From Spirochaetales bacterium (GTDB lineage: Bacteria > Spirochaetota > Spirochaetia > SZUA-6 > RPPD01), in NCBI GenBank assembly GCA_016930675.1, contig JAFGGG010000043.1, positions 8,748 to 72,747 of the forward strand: a stretch of 64,000 bases of DNA. The letters run 5' to 3'. Below the pieces are notes generated by a model. The model saw only the letters and a program-made list of their open reading frames with translations, had not been told where the DNA came from and did no database searches. The translations under genes and the position numbers were made by a program. Positions 1 through 9,569 of the stretch are shown here, piece by piece. Every line of letters starts with the position of its first letter. The stretch's first letter is position 1.

Positions 1-158
1 AAGCAAAAGAAGGAGACGCGATGATAACCACATCATGGCGTTTCAGAGAAAATTATGTTATTGAGAATAAAATAGAAGATGCTAAAGCATATGTAGCGGA
101 TAATGACGGCAATAATGTATGGAGAGATTACACCATATTGAATTTATATGAAAAGTAA
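1..158 (+). pseudogene. 3' end of an upstream hypothetical gene, possibly frameshifted near 48-52
   Basis: Frame 3 reads AKEGDAMITIMAFQR. Removing one A from AGAAAATTAT continues it as NYVIENKIEDAKAYVADNDGNNVWRDYTILNLYEK*, whose stop overlaps the next start (ATGAAAAGTAA). Confidence 0.3.
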
Positions 159-1695
159 ATTTGTCTTTATCCTCTTATTAATTTCAGCTTCAAGCTGCAT
201 CTCGATCAACAATAATATCGACAATATTTCACTGCTATCAGAAGGCGACTGTGAACAAGAATATTACAATCTATTAAAGAGCATGGAAGCTCATAAAGGA
301 GATATCAAGCTTATCAAGGCCGACAATCTTTTTACTTTTCTCGACGGGTTTTCGGTTGTATACTCAAGCCTTTCCCGCGACCTTCAACTCGCCGAATGGC
401 TGAAAGTATTGAGCATCGGCGATCCTGAAAAGCTGTGCCTGGCCAGAAAAAACCGGAATGACTTCATTAACCTTAATAAAAACAGCTTTTGGATGCTGCG
501 CAAAAACAGTCACAGCACATCCGCCGAGCAAAGGCTGCGCGTGGAATTATGGGAGAGCATATTCGAGAAAGATATATCAAATCCGGGCGCTAAGGGGTCG
601 GCGGAAATCAGCAAAGAAATCAGGGAGATCGAAGACGATATCCTGAAAGCCGGCAACCGTGACCTTCAGGTCTTATTGAATCAGGAAAAACAGTTTAAGC
701 AATTATTTAAATTGAGGAACCGGTACGCGAAAATAAAGGGTCATCAAAATCATCTATACTATATTTTTACACCGAATGAAGTTGAAGAATATAATCTTGT
801 TAATAAAATTATTTTACGTAACCTCCCGCAACAACTGGAACCCAAACAAAATATCGGCGGGTTGATTAATCCCGACAAGGCTGAATATTTTAATATCATA
901 AAAAAGTCAACTCAAGGAATGGGTCTCGCCATAGATACCCAAAAAATCAAATATTTTATTACTCATGAATATACATACAACAGGACCTTCATGACGATAA
1001 TTGAACCCAAGAACGAATGCCGCATCTACATATTTTTCCCAAATTTTAAATTATATCCCGATGAGTACTTGAATTACCTTTCTTTTTTGATGCATGAAAC
1101 AGGACACGGCCTGCATTTTCAGTATATGAATATAGAACCGGCAATCTTTAATTTTTTCGATCTTACTGTCACGGAGACGGTAGCGATTTTTTTTGAAAAC
1201 ATGGTATTCACAAAAGAATGGATACAAACATATTTTCCCCGTCAGTTATCCGCAGCGGAAATGAACATAATCATAAAAAACAGAAAAACCTCAATCTTGG
1301 AATTCTTTCGCTTCGCGATTTTTTTGTGGATGTTTGAGAAATCGGTTTACACCGATCCCGATCAGAACATGGAAGAACTGTATAAAACCTTATCGGCTCA
1401 ACTGAATATGCCGAAAACCAGCCAGTATAGGCTCTGGTATGACACCTCTATTTTTGCCTCACACGATCTCTATTACATTCACTACGCTCTGGCCTATCTC
1501 TACGCGTATAAATTGAAAATACTGCTGGAAAAAAAATACGGGCCCTACTTTTTTAAAAATCCTGAGGCCGGTAATTTCTTGGTGCAAAACCTGTTTGCAT
1601 ACGGCAGGTCCTTAACGCGCAAAGAAATTTTCAAAAGAATATTCGGTAATAATGATCTGCCTGTCAAAGAGTATATCGCCTATTTAATGGAGTAA
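148..1695 (+). CDS. Zinc metallopeptidase lipoprotein (M3/M2-like gluzincin)
   Basis: Lipobox SASSC; HETGH (HExxH) followed by a downstream ETVAIFFE third-ligand motif. Confidence 0.75.
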   Translation: MKSKFVFILLLISASSCISINNNIDNISLLSEGDCEQEYYNLLKSMEAHKGDIKLIKADNLFTFLDGFSVVYSSLSRDLQLAEWLKVLSIGDPEKLCLARKNRNDFINLNKNSFWMLRKNSHSTSAEQRLRVELWESIFEKDISNPGAKGSAEISKEIREIEDDILKAGNRDLQVLLNQEKQFKQLFKLRNRYAKIKGHQNHLYYIFTPNEVEEYNLVNKIILRNLPQQLEPKQNIGGLINPDKAEYFNIIKKSTQGMGLAIDTQKIKYFITHEYTYNRTFMTIIEPKNECRIYIFFPNFKLYPDEYLNYLSFLMHETGHGLHFQYMNIEPAIFNFFDLTVTETVAIFFENMVFTKEWIQTYFPRQLSAAEMNIIIKNRKTSILEFFRFAIFLWMFEKSVYTDPDQNMEELYKTLSAQLNMPKTSQYRLWYDTSIFASHDLYYIHYALAYLYAYKLKILLEKKYGPYFFKNPEAGNFLVQNLFAYGRSLTRKEIFKRIFGNNDLPVKEYIAYLME

Positions 1696-1702
1696 CCGTC
1701 GC

Positions 1703-3331
1703 CTAAAAAACAAACTCCTGCACACCCGTTTCATCGACTACCGTTGATTCGGATTGATTCTTCGGTATACGGCTGGTAACCCGGCACGAATACACGGTTC
1801 CGGGCGAGAGGTATCCATCAACAGCAGACAAAGGAATCGCCGCTTCTATAATGCCCTGTCCGCCGGCAACGGCACCGATCGCTGAAGTCTCGGCCTCGAT
1901 ATTGTCCGCGTTTTTCTTCTCCAATACAATTCGTAATTGTCTGTCCGTATATGACATAATGATACTGAGGATCCGCTTATTCTGCTTCATTATATCTATA
2001 CGATATTCAATGGCCATAAGATCGCTGATATTGCCTCCTGCAAATTTTATGCCGGAAAAGAGGGTATCATTGTTCTTTGCCATGAATAAATACGTAATAT
2101 CAGCCTCCGGCGTATCAAGATCAATATCACCCGCAGGATCGCGAACAACCGGCTGCAAAGACTGCCAATCGTTAATCTTGCCGTCGATAGAAATCGTTTT
2201 ATGTTTTAGCCGGGAAACAGTTTTAATCCCGCCGTCCTCTGCGTATACTTCAAGACTTTCTTCATCACCCGGGGACAGTGTTCGCGTGTCTTCGGATTCG
2301 ATTACATGTTCTTTTTTAAGCATGATGTGTAATGTTTTGTCTTCATCAATTCTTATTATAGATTCGTGTGAAGCATAATCCGGCCGGGTTACTTTAAGCT
2401 TTATTTCCCGGCCCTTTGCAACAAGGAAGGTAAGTTTACCTTTACCCTTGTTTTGACCATTAACAGAGATAGTGGCGTCCGCCGGTTCGGGTTGTATCTC
2501 GCAGGTAGCAGTCTGCTCGGAATCGGTGAAAGATGCGAGGTTACTCTCCTGTACCTGAAGCAGAGCGGCCCTGTGCCCGGCGCTTAACGGAGTGGTGGAG
2601 ATTTCCGTGCTGTCCAAGGTAAGTTCAAGCTCCCGGCCGGACTGTAAAATGTACTCTTTATCCGCGATATTGGATTTTGTTTTTATGCTTAATTTTCCTT
2701 CCAACAGCGCGATGCGGGTAACCCTGTTCTCTTCCGCTCTGACTATAAAAGTGGTACTCTTAATACCGATAATACAGTTATCCGTAACAAGCCTCAGGTC
2801 CAAAGGCCGATCCGGCTTTTTGATATGCCCGATCAATGTACCCCGGACAAGCCGGACTGTCAGCATGTTCTCCCTTTCATCAAGAGTTATGACACTGCGC
2901 TCGGCAAGCCGCAGCAAGGATATTTTATTTATGCTTACATCGCAAGAAGCCCCCTCCGCAACAGTGAGAGTAATGCCCGGTTTAAGCTTTTCCCCCACCT
3001 TTAATGCTACAGGCTCTTCATTATAGACAGCGGTTACGTCTCCGCAGAGCGAGCTTGCCATAAGAGACGGGTAAGCGGAGTCCGGCCCAAAAAAAAGCGG
3101 TGAAAACATAAAAAACAGAGTAAGAATCAAAGCGCACACCAAACCCGAACCGGCAAACACAAGCGCAAGCCTGTGTTTCCATATCACGCCTCTGCTTTTT
3201 TCACTATCACTATCTGTCTGATCTATAATCCTGTACAATTTATTTTTTAAGTGTCTCTGCAGGGAATCATTTTTATAACGGGGAGCACGCACATTTTTTA
3301 AAAAATCATAAAGCTCTTGGTTTTTTTTCAT
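1703..3331 (-). CDS. FecR-domain anti-sigma factor with PEGA-like and C-terminal CBM9/DOMON-like domains
   Basis: Single TM helix, FecR-like beta region (LVRGTL, IGIKSTTF, IALLEGKL), PEGA-like (EPADATISVNG), ISIDGKINDW motif; overlaps the stop of the sigma gene. Confidence 0.8.
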   Translation of the reverse strand: MKKNQELYDFLKNVRAPRYKNDSLQRHLKNKLYRIIDQTDSDSEKSRGVIWKHRLALVFAGSGLVCALILTLFFMFSPLFFGPDSAYPSLMASSLCGDVTAVYNEEPVALKVGEKLKPGITLTVAEGASCDVSINKISLLRLAERSVITLDERENMLTVRLVRGTLIGHIKKPDRPLDLRLVTDNCIIGIKSTTFIVRAEENRVTRIALLEGKLSIKTKSNIADKEYILQSGRELELTLDSTEISTTPLSAGHRAALLQVQESNLASFTDSEQTATCEIQPEPADATISVNGQNKGKGKLTFLVAKGREIKLKVTRPDYASHESIIRIDEDKTLHIMLKKEHVIESEDTRTLSPGDEESLEVYAEDGGIKTVSRLKHKTISIDGKINDWQSLQPVVRDPAGDIDLDTPEADITYLFMAKNNDTLFSGIKFAGGNISDLMAIEYRIDIMKQNKRILSIIMSYTDRQLRIVLEKKNADNIEAETSAIGAVAGGQGIIEAAIPLSAVDGYLSPGTVYSCRVTSRIPKNQSESTVVDETGVQEFVF

Positions 3332-3861
3332 AATTTAACCCTGTCGCCCGAAGCGATAATTTTTTCCAGCTTTTTTAATATGCGATGCACCCTGGTTCGA
3401 ATTGTGGTTTCTTTTAAATCAAGAATCTCGGCCATTTCCTCATATTTCTTGTCTTCAAAAAAGTGCATCTCCACGATTACGGCCTCTTCCGGTTTTAGTT
3501 TCTTTAAAGCCTGCTTTACGGTCCAGTATTGGGCAAAGCTTTCGCTTTTATCGCTTCTTTCATCAACCAGGTAATTTCCCAGCTGTATCTTCTCGTCATC
3601 AATGCTTAACGTGGCTTTTTTCCTCTTACTATTAAGATATTTTAAAAGCTCATTTGTTGCAATTTTATACATCCAGGCTGAAAAATTTTTTATTTCCACG
3701 TTTTTGGTTTTGATGTATTTAAGCGCGTCGGTAAAGGCGTTGGAGGTGAGATCCTCCGCTACTTCAGGGAGAGCTACGGTGCGCAGAATAAAGTTATAGA
3801 TCTTGGGGAAGAACTCATCATACGCAGCGATAAAATCTCTTTCTGAATTTACGGAAATCAT
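3328..3861 (-). CDS. ECF-family RNA polymerase sigma-70 factor
   Basis: Region 2 (AEDLTSNAF, FSAWMYKIATN) and region 4 (YEEMAEIL..ETTIRTRVHR). Start placed at ATG 3861. Confidence 0.9.
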   Translation of the reverse strand: MISVNSERDFIAAYDEFFPKIYNFILRTVALPEVAEDLTSNAFTDALKYIKTKNVEIKNFSAWMYKIATNELLKYLNSKRKKATLSIDDEKIQLGNYLVDERSDKSESFAQYWTVKQALKKLKPEEAVIVEMHFFEDKKYEEMAEILDLKETTIRTRVHRILKKLEKIIASGDRVKL

Positions 3862-3877
3862 AGTAATAATTGAAATG

Positions 3878-3921
3878 TTTTTTACTTCCGAAAAAGCCGC
3901 CACAGATGGTGGTTTTTTCGC
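3878..3921 (+). repeat. Dispersed hairpin repeat family A, copy 1
   Basis: TTTTTTACTTCCGAAAAAGCCGCCACAGATGGTGGTTTTTTCG; 25/26 nt match to the copy at 50317-50342 (reverse complement). Confidence 0.7.
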
Positions 3922-4086
3922 CCACTTATTGATATGTTCTTTTATCATTTGTGTCAAGGTAAATTTTATAGTCGGAACGCTTATTAAAAAACCACGATAC
4001 TTCCTATGTACAACGGATTTTGGCAAGCGGGTTGCAATACAACAAAATAAGCGCTGTTATCCAGACGCGTCTTTTAGCATTATGCT

Positions 4087-5805
4087 TTAAAACCCGACCG
4101 CAAGATATAAAGACAGCCATGATGCATATTCTTCACCATCTTCAAAACCGAAAATATTATACCCTATCTGGTATTCACAGCATAATAGAAACATGGGATC
4201 TTCACTAAATCCCAACTGAACTCCCCCTCCGCCGACAAGATAAGCGCCGCCATCCTCCATAAAATCCATATTTATTCGCATCATAAGACTACCTGATACA
4301 TAGGGTATAATTGAAAGAACGGAGACTTTTAGCGGTAACTGAAGATGATTGGCCCACACAAGCTGAAAGGTTGAGGTGTTAATCTCCGAACCGAAACCAT
4401 CGTCAACAGTAAAGGGACGAATACCGAATTCCACTCCCGTAGTAATATAGTCGTAAAATTTAAAATGTACTCCACCGCTCCACATCGGTGTATCGATCAT
4501 TTCAAAATCAAGCTGGACCCCGCCGAACACAAACATATTATATGGTGTGTTCATTATAAAATCTTCTTGTTTATCTTTTTTGGAAGAAAAAATTTCGCCC
4601 TCTACCTGAAAATCATTCACATACCAGTCACCTTGCTCGTAAACCCAGGAGCTCGATAACTTTTTTTCTGCCAGAGTAAAGGAAACAGTTGTTTTGCGTG
4701 AGTTATCAGTAACATCTCCTTCTACTGCCATAAAACTCAGGTTGGGAGTTTCTTCCTGTTTAACAAAGTGCATATAAATTCCATACGCGATGGCTATGCG
4801 GGCAGCTTCAATGGGAGATGCGCTATAAAATACTCTGATAATTTCATCATGTATCTCCTTAGGCGCGTGGTACACAACTTCGGAAAGCGCGGCTTCACCG
4901 TTCTTCCAAACATATGCAAGCGAAATAAATTGCGCTATCCGCTTGTATGCATTTCCTGAAGTTGAAAAAGCCGTCACAAAATCCCGGCAGCTTTTTTCCA
5001 ACGCGGCGTTTGATTGTTCTTTAACCGGATGATGGGTTGCCGAGAGGGATGTGTCTATAAAGGTCTTGACTGCCGCTGCGGGGATTGAGAAATTTGTCGC
5101 CTGCCTGCCGATAATCTTCCACGTATTAACACCGATTACTTTATATCCCGCGTTATATCTGTCGTCGGCGACAAGCAAAGGACCGCCTGAATTTCCGGAA
5201 TCAACCTGGGCCGAGTGCTGAATAAGTGTGGTTTTTTTAGGATCGACAAGCTCCGGGACTTTGGCGAAAGCATTTGTAATATTACCTTTTCCCAACTGCC
5301 ACATGGGACTACTGAGCAAACCCGGATAACCCGCGGTCCATACTTCAAGACCGTCTTTCAACCGCATATCCGAATAGGAAAGCCCCGATCTGAAAGGGCG
5401 CTTTTCGCTTTGAAAAGCAATAAGCGCCAGATCTAATGTTTTATCAACAGCAAGCACGTAACAGTTCTGATAGACAATTATTGTGCCGTCTTGTTTCTCA
5501 AACTCTAGATTTACCGATTCCGCTTCCGCTACAACATGATAATTTGTTACAACATAATTTGCTCCATTAGCCGCCACATAAACAAAACCGGAGCCGTATG
5601 TACCTTCGGCATAAGCCGCAAGCATATCCGCTATTTCAGTATAACCAATCCAGCTCATGGTAGTACTTAACGAGCTGAAAAACTCCCTTGTCTGCTGGCT
5701 ATAAACCGGCCGGACTATGGGGATATAATCCCTTAGTTGAGCAGAAAGAGAAAACGTAATAAATACGATTAATAAAATTCCAAAAACGGTTTTTTTATAT
5801 GTCAT
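4087..5805 (-). CDS. Secreted trypsin-like (S1C-type) serine protease with C-terminal beta-barrel-like domain
   Basis: Signal peptide; triad motifs VTNYHVV, DLALI, DSGNSGGP; C-terminal alternating beta strands ending in F. Confidence 0.85.
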   Translation of the reverse strand: MTYKKTVFGILLIVFITFSLSAQLRDYIPIVRPVYSQQTREFFSSLSTTMSWIGYTEIADMLAAYAEGTYGSGFVYVAANGANYVVTNYHVVAEAESVNLEFEKQDGTIIVYQNCYVLAVDKTLDLALIAFQSEKRPFRSGLSYSDMRLKDGLEVWTAGYPGLLSSPMWQLGKGNITNAFAKVPELVDPKKTTLIQHSAQVDSGNSGGPLLVADDRYNAGYKVIGVNTWKIIGRQATNFSIPAAAVKTFIDTSLSATHHPVKEQSNAALEKSCRDFVTAFSTSGNAYKRIAQFISLAYVWKNGEAALSEVVYHAPKEIHDEIIRVFYSASPIEAARIAIAYGIYMHFVKQEETPNLSFMAVEGDVTDNSRKTTVSFTLAEKKLSSSWVYEQGDWYVNDFQVEGEIFSSKKDKQEDFIMNTPYNMFVFGGVQLDFEMIDTPMWSGGVHFKFYDYITTGVEFGIRPFTVDDGFGSEINTSTFQLVWANHLQLPLKVSVLSIIPYVSGSLMMRINMDFMEDGGAYLVGGGGVQLGFSEDPMFLLCCEYQIGYNIFGFEDGEEYASWLSLYLAVGF

Positions 5806-5947
5806 TACAGCACCTTTTATAAAGGAATATAGATCCCCTGCAATCTTTTTATCAGTTATAATTTATTTTTTAGATACAAATCCGTGTTAATTGTTACAAA
5901 AAAATTGAATTAATACAAATATTTTACTACGTCGGCACAATCTTTTA

Positions 5948-6949
5948 CTAAAATGATTTTAGCGGCAGATATCCGTTCGCTTCGATAAGCCTCTGTCCCT
6001 GATCTGAAAGCAGCCATTCTTTTATTTTATATGCAGCACTTTCTTGTGGCATATCGGATCTTACTACAATATAGAGTTGCCTGATTAACGGATATGTCCT
6101 GTTTCGTATTGAGTCCCGGTCAGGGATTACACCGTTTACCGCTATCCGTTTAATCATTTTATTCTGTGTCAAATATTCTTCAAAATAAAAAGCGGAATAC
6201 CCGATCCCTCTCACATCTTGCTCTAACATATTAAGTGGTCCGATCATAGCTATTAATACAAGCCGGGGTAATCCATGCATCATTTTCTTTCCCTTCATCA
6301 CAGAACGGACCATATACGCATGATCGTCCGAATTTTCTCCACTTATATATGCGTTTATTTTGGCTGGCTCAAAGCCAAGTTCCGCCCAATCTGTTATTTC
6401 CCCGCTATAAATATCCTGAATCTGTCGAATAGTAATATTTTGCAGCGGATTTTCTATATTAACAATAAATACTAAAGAGTCCAAAGCCACCGCTTGTATG
6501 TCAAAAACCACATCCTCAGTCTCAGCCAAAAGCAGTTCATCACGGGTTGGTTTTCCGCCCACAAGAATCAGATCAAACTCTTTTCGCGCTAATCCAGTGT
6601 ACGCATAATGGGTGTCGGAGTGACTAATTTTCTCATAATAAAGGTTGCTAAATCGATTTCTCTCTTCTTCATTCTCTATACTATCGACCTGTGGTATGAC
6701 CATTGTGGTACCTGTAAAAAACTTTTCCCACTGCCAGGGCATACCAATCAGCTCGCACGCTATAATTGCTCCCAAAGGCGCGGTGGCCCCAGTATTACAT
6801 ACTCTCGGGTAAGTATCGATGGTAAGCTTCGGTTTATCCGTACTTTCGCACTCGACATCCGAGGCAATAAAGAGTACCATAAATATGCAAAACAGGAACA
6901 CATACACGATGAATGACGGATTAATACATATTTTCTTCTTGATACTCAT
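5948..6949 (-). CDS. PstS-like substrate-binding protein (PBP domain)
   Basis: VALDSLVFIVNIENP..ITIRQIQDIYSGEITDW and YPL..LYIV motifs; GGAG RBS before ATG 6949. Confidence 0.8.
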   Translation of the reverse strand: MSIKKKICINPSFIVYVFLFCIFMVLFIASDVECESTDKPKLTIDTYPRVCNTGATAPLGAIIACELIGMPWQWEKFFTGTTMVIPQVDSIENEEERNRFSNLYYEKISHSDTHYAYTGLARKEFDLILVGGKPTRDELLLAETEDVVFDIQAVALDSLVFIVNIENPLQNITIRQIQDIYSGEITDWAELGFEPAKINAYISGENSDDHAYMVRSVMKGKKMMHGLPRLVLIAMIGPLNMLEQDVRGIGYSAFYFEEYLTQNKMIKRIAVNGVIPDRDSIRNRTYPLIRQLYIVVRSDMPQESAAYKIKEWLLSDQGQRLIEANGYLPLKSF

Positions 6950-7069
6950 TACGAAACTCCTTAACTCTATACGTCTTATAAGCAGTATGCCGGTGTTTGT
7001 AAAATTAAATGTCAACAATGGGTAAAAAATTGTAAAAAAATATAAAATTTTAATCCTTTACATAATTTC

Positions 7070-8155
7070 TTATTCAATTTTGAGGGCATCTAATTTATTA
7101 GATTTTACCACACCTCGTTCCGTTATAAAAGCAGTAATCAGACGCGCCGGAGTAACATCAAAAGCATGGTTCAACGCAGTACTGCCCGTACCGAATAATT
7201 GCACCCTTTCCATCTTTCCCCGTTTTATCCCATTAATGTAGAGAACCTCTTCGGGATCTCGTTTTTCAAGCGGAATGTCCCGACCGTTTGCCAGGTTCCG
7301 GTCTATGGTCGGTATGGGCAGCGCCACATAGAAAGGAATCTTATTGTCATAAGCGGCCAGGGCCTTCAAGTACGTTCCTATTTTATTGGCCGTATCGCCG
7401 TTAACCGCCACTCTGTCCGCGCCCACAATAACCATATCGACCATGCCTTGCCGCATCAGTAAACCGCCCGCGTTATCGCAGACTAAGGTATGCGCAATCC
7501 CCTGTTCCCGCAGCTCCCATGCGGTCAGCCTTCCCTGGTTTCTGGGGCGTGTTTCATCCACCCACACATGCAGGGCAATACCCTGTTTGCGGGCCTGATA
7601 GATGGGGGCGGTAGCCGTGCCAAAATCGATACAGCCCAGGGCTCCCGCGTTGCAGTGGGTGAGAATCTGCACCGGCCGGCCTTTGTTTTGGGCACTTATT
7701 CGCTTGATTATTGTCAAACCATAGTGACCGATAGCCCGGCAGCGCTCGACATCATCCTCCGCGATCCGTTCAGCCACCTGCAGGGCGCGTTTTTTTTTGT
7801 CCATAGGATTGTCAGCCTTTTGTAACTGCGCCCGCTGCCTATCCAAAGCCCACATCAGATTAACGGCAGTAGGTCTGGAAGCGGCCAGGCTGGCAAAGCT
7901 TTGTTCGATAAATTCGTCACTCCGCCGCTTTTTTTCGGCTTGGGCACATGCCAGATAGATACCGTAGGCCGCGGCCGCTCCTATAAGGGGTGCTCCCCTT
8001 ACATGCATCTCCTTGATTGCCCTCACCATCTGTTCCACAGTGCGAATTTTCTCGACCACAAATTTAAAAGGCAAAAAGCGCTGGTCTATGACGCGCACGT
8101 GCTTCTTGTCGGGCGCGAGCCAAATTGTACGGTACTGTCTGCCCTGTATAAGCAT
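7070..8155 (-). CDS. mtnA: S-methyl-5-thioribose-1-phosphate isomerase
   Basis: VRGAPLIG, SRPTAVNL, LTHCNAG, DETRPRNQG, GDTANKIGTY, FDVTP; AAGGAG RBS before ATG 8155. Confidence 0.95.
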   Translation of the reverse strand: MLIQGRQYRTIWLAPDKKHVRVIDQRFLPFKFVVEKIRTVEQMVRAIKEMHVRGAPLIGAAAAYGIYLACAQAEKKRRSDEFIEQSFASLAASRPTAVNLMWALDRQRAQLQKADNPMDKKKRALQVAERIAEDDVERCRAIGHYGLTIIKRISAQNKGRPVQILTHCNAGALGCIDFGTATAPIYQARKQGIALHVWVDETRPRNQGRLTAWELREQGIAHTLVCDNAGGLLMRQGMVDMVIVGADRVAVNGDTANKIGTYLKALAAYDNKIPFYVALPIPTIDRNLANGRDIPLEKRDPEEVLYINGIKRGKMERVQLFGTGSTALNHAFDVTPARLITAFITERGVVKSNKLDALKIE

Positions 8156-8198
8156 TGCATTGTCTCCTTGTAAACAGGCTTCTGTATACTCCGCATCA

Positions 8199-8798
8199 TT
8201 ATTCGGTAAAAACATCCGACAGCAAAATACTGCAGGCACCGCTTCCCAAATCGGAATGGCATACGGCCCGAGATAATAATCTATCGATATTTTCAAACCT
8301 TTTATGTCTATTGCCTATTATGAATTCAATATTTTGAAAGCAGTTTGTTGCAGGCAGGTCACCCAATGCTCTTCCTATCTGTATTTTATCTCCCGGGTAC
8401 ATGGTAAACGAAAACCACGAAACGTTTTTATCAGAAGATTCAGAGACTGTCACGCATCTCTTTCTTACATAATTGACGTAGCGATCATATTCATATGATC
8501 CGAAAATATAGTTATTTTGTTCAAAACTCGCTGCATCTTTAACAGGCATTTCAGAACCATAGATCATAAGTCTATTGAAATTATTAATACAGGTTATAAA
8601 AACCTGGGGTGATGTATTCTTTATTTTGAAAATCTGCTTTTCAATGTACATATTTTCTATGGTTTGTGCTATAACAGTCACGCTATCATCGGTATTATTA
8701 ACCAGATAAGTCGTTGTCCATTTATCACAACCTGATAAAGATACTAATAGTAAAAGTGAAATCATTGGATATTTTAGCTTAAATAACAGCAGTTGCAT
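8199..8798 (-). CDS. Hypothetical lipoprotein
   Basis: Lipobox LSGC followed by YLVNNTDD; AT-rich ORF. Confidence 0.6.
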   Translation of the reverse strand: MQLLLFKLKYPMISLLLLVSLSGCDKWTTTYLVNNTDDSVTVIAQTIENMYIEKQIFKIKNTSPQVFITCINNFNRLMIYGSEMPVKDAASFEQNNYIFGSYEYDRYVNYVRKRCVTVSESSDKNVSWFSFTMYPGDKIQIGRALGDLPATNCFQNIEFIIGNRHKRFENIDRLLSRAVCHSDLGSGACSILLSDVFTE

Positions 8799-8980
8799 TT
8801 TTTCCTGTACTCACACCTATACCGGTATAATCCGGGCCGCGAAAGAAGATCACACCTTTCTACTATAAAACGGTGTTTTTTGCAAGCTTCGGGGCACTCA
8901 AACAGATTTTGTTAAATCATCATTGACAAAGCAATTTCCGCCGTATACTCTTTAAGAGAGAAACAAAGAGGGGCAAGGCT

Positions 8981-9319
8981 ATGGATGAGACCATTATGTC
9001 GAACAGCAAAGTCGGCAAACGTTTAAAGGGTTATAAAAAATTCGATGTGTTCAGTCTTACTTTTCAGGGAAAATCAATGCCCGTGGTAAGCTCCATCACC
9101 GTGGGCAGAGACAGAAAGAATAATATTCAAATTGACGATAACCTTACTTCCCGCCGGCACGCGGTAATTCAAAAGATCAAGGACGCCTACTTTATCAAAG
9201 ACCTTAACAGCACAAACGGCACTTTTGTGAACAATAAACAAGTGCCGCAGGCAAAATATATAAAGCTGCACAGGAATGATGTAATTAAAATCGGTCGTAC
9301 GGAAATAATAGTCACTTAG
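8981..9319 (+). CDS. FHA domain protein
   Basis: GR, SRRHA and DLNSTNGTFVN FHA motifs. Confidence 0.92.
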   Translation: MDETIMSNSKVGKRLKGYKKFDVFSLTFQGKSMPVVSSITVGRDRKNNIQIDDNLTSRRHAVIQKIKDAYFIKDLNSTNGTFVNNKQVPQAKYIKLHRNDVIKIGRTEIIVT

Positions 9320-9321
9320 AA

Positions 9322-9442
9322 GAGCTTCTTGCAAAAATATTATTTTTGCAAGAAACTCCTAAAATGGAAATTGTCAACTTATTATGGTATAAAGAATAAG
9401 TATTTTGCGAACTTAATATATTTTGAGTTTTGCAATTTTCTC
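9322..9442. mobile_element. 121-bp MITE copy 1 (4-bp TSD AGAA)
   Basis: About 90% identical without gaps to 38933-39053; imperfect TIRs GAG-N4-TTGCAAAA; flanked by AGAA at 9318-9321 and 9443-9446. Confidence 0.85.
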
Positions 9443-9502
9443 AGAAAACTAAAAAACCAAAACTAAAAAGCCTAACTCTTTAGTTTTTTTTTTAATACTA
9501 CA

Positions 9503-9531
9503 TTGACAACCTGCTTTGCATCCCCTATCAT
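9503..9531 (+). promoter_or_regulatory. sigma70-type promoter of the OmpA gene
   Basis: TTGACA-N17-TATCAT. Confidence 0.6.
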
Positions 9532-9569
9532 GGAACCAGATATTTCTTAGCAAAAGGAGGACAAGAAAT

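Noticed and set aside
3862-4026. N-terminal extension of the ECF sigma (and similar extensions for mtnA, pyrF, aconitase, AIM24, OmpA)
   Set aside because: Extensions cover promoter or repeat sequence; downstream starts fit family length and usually have an RBS.
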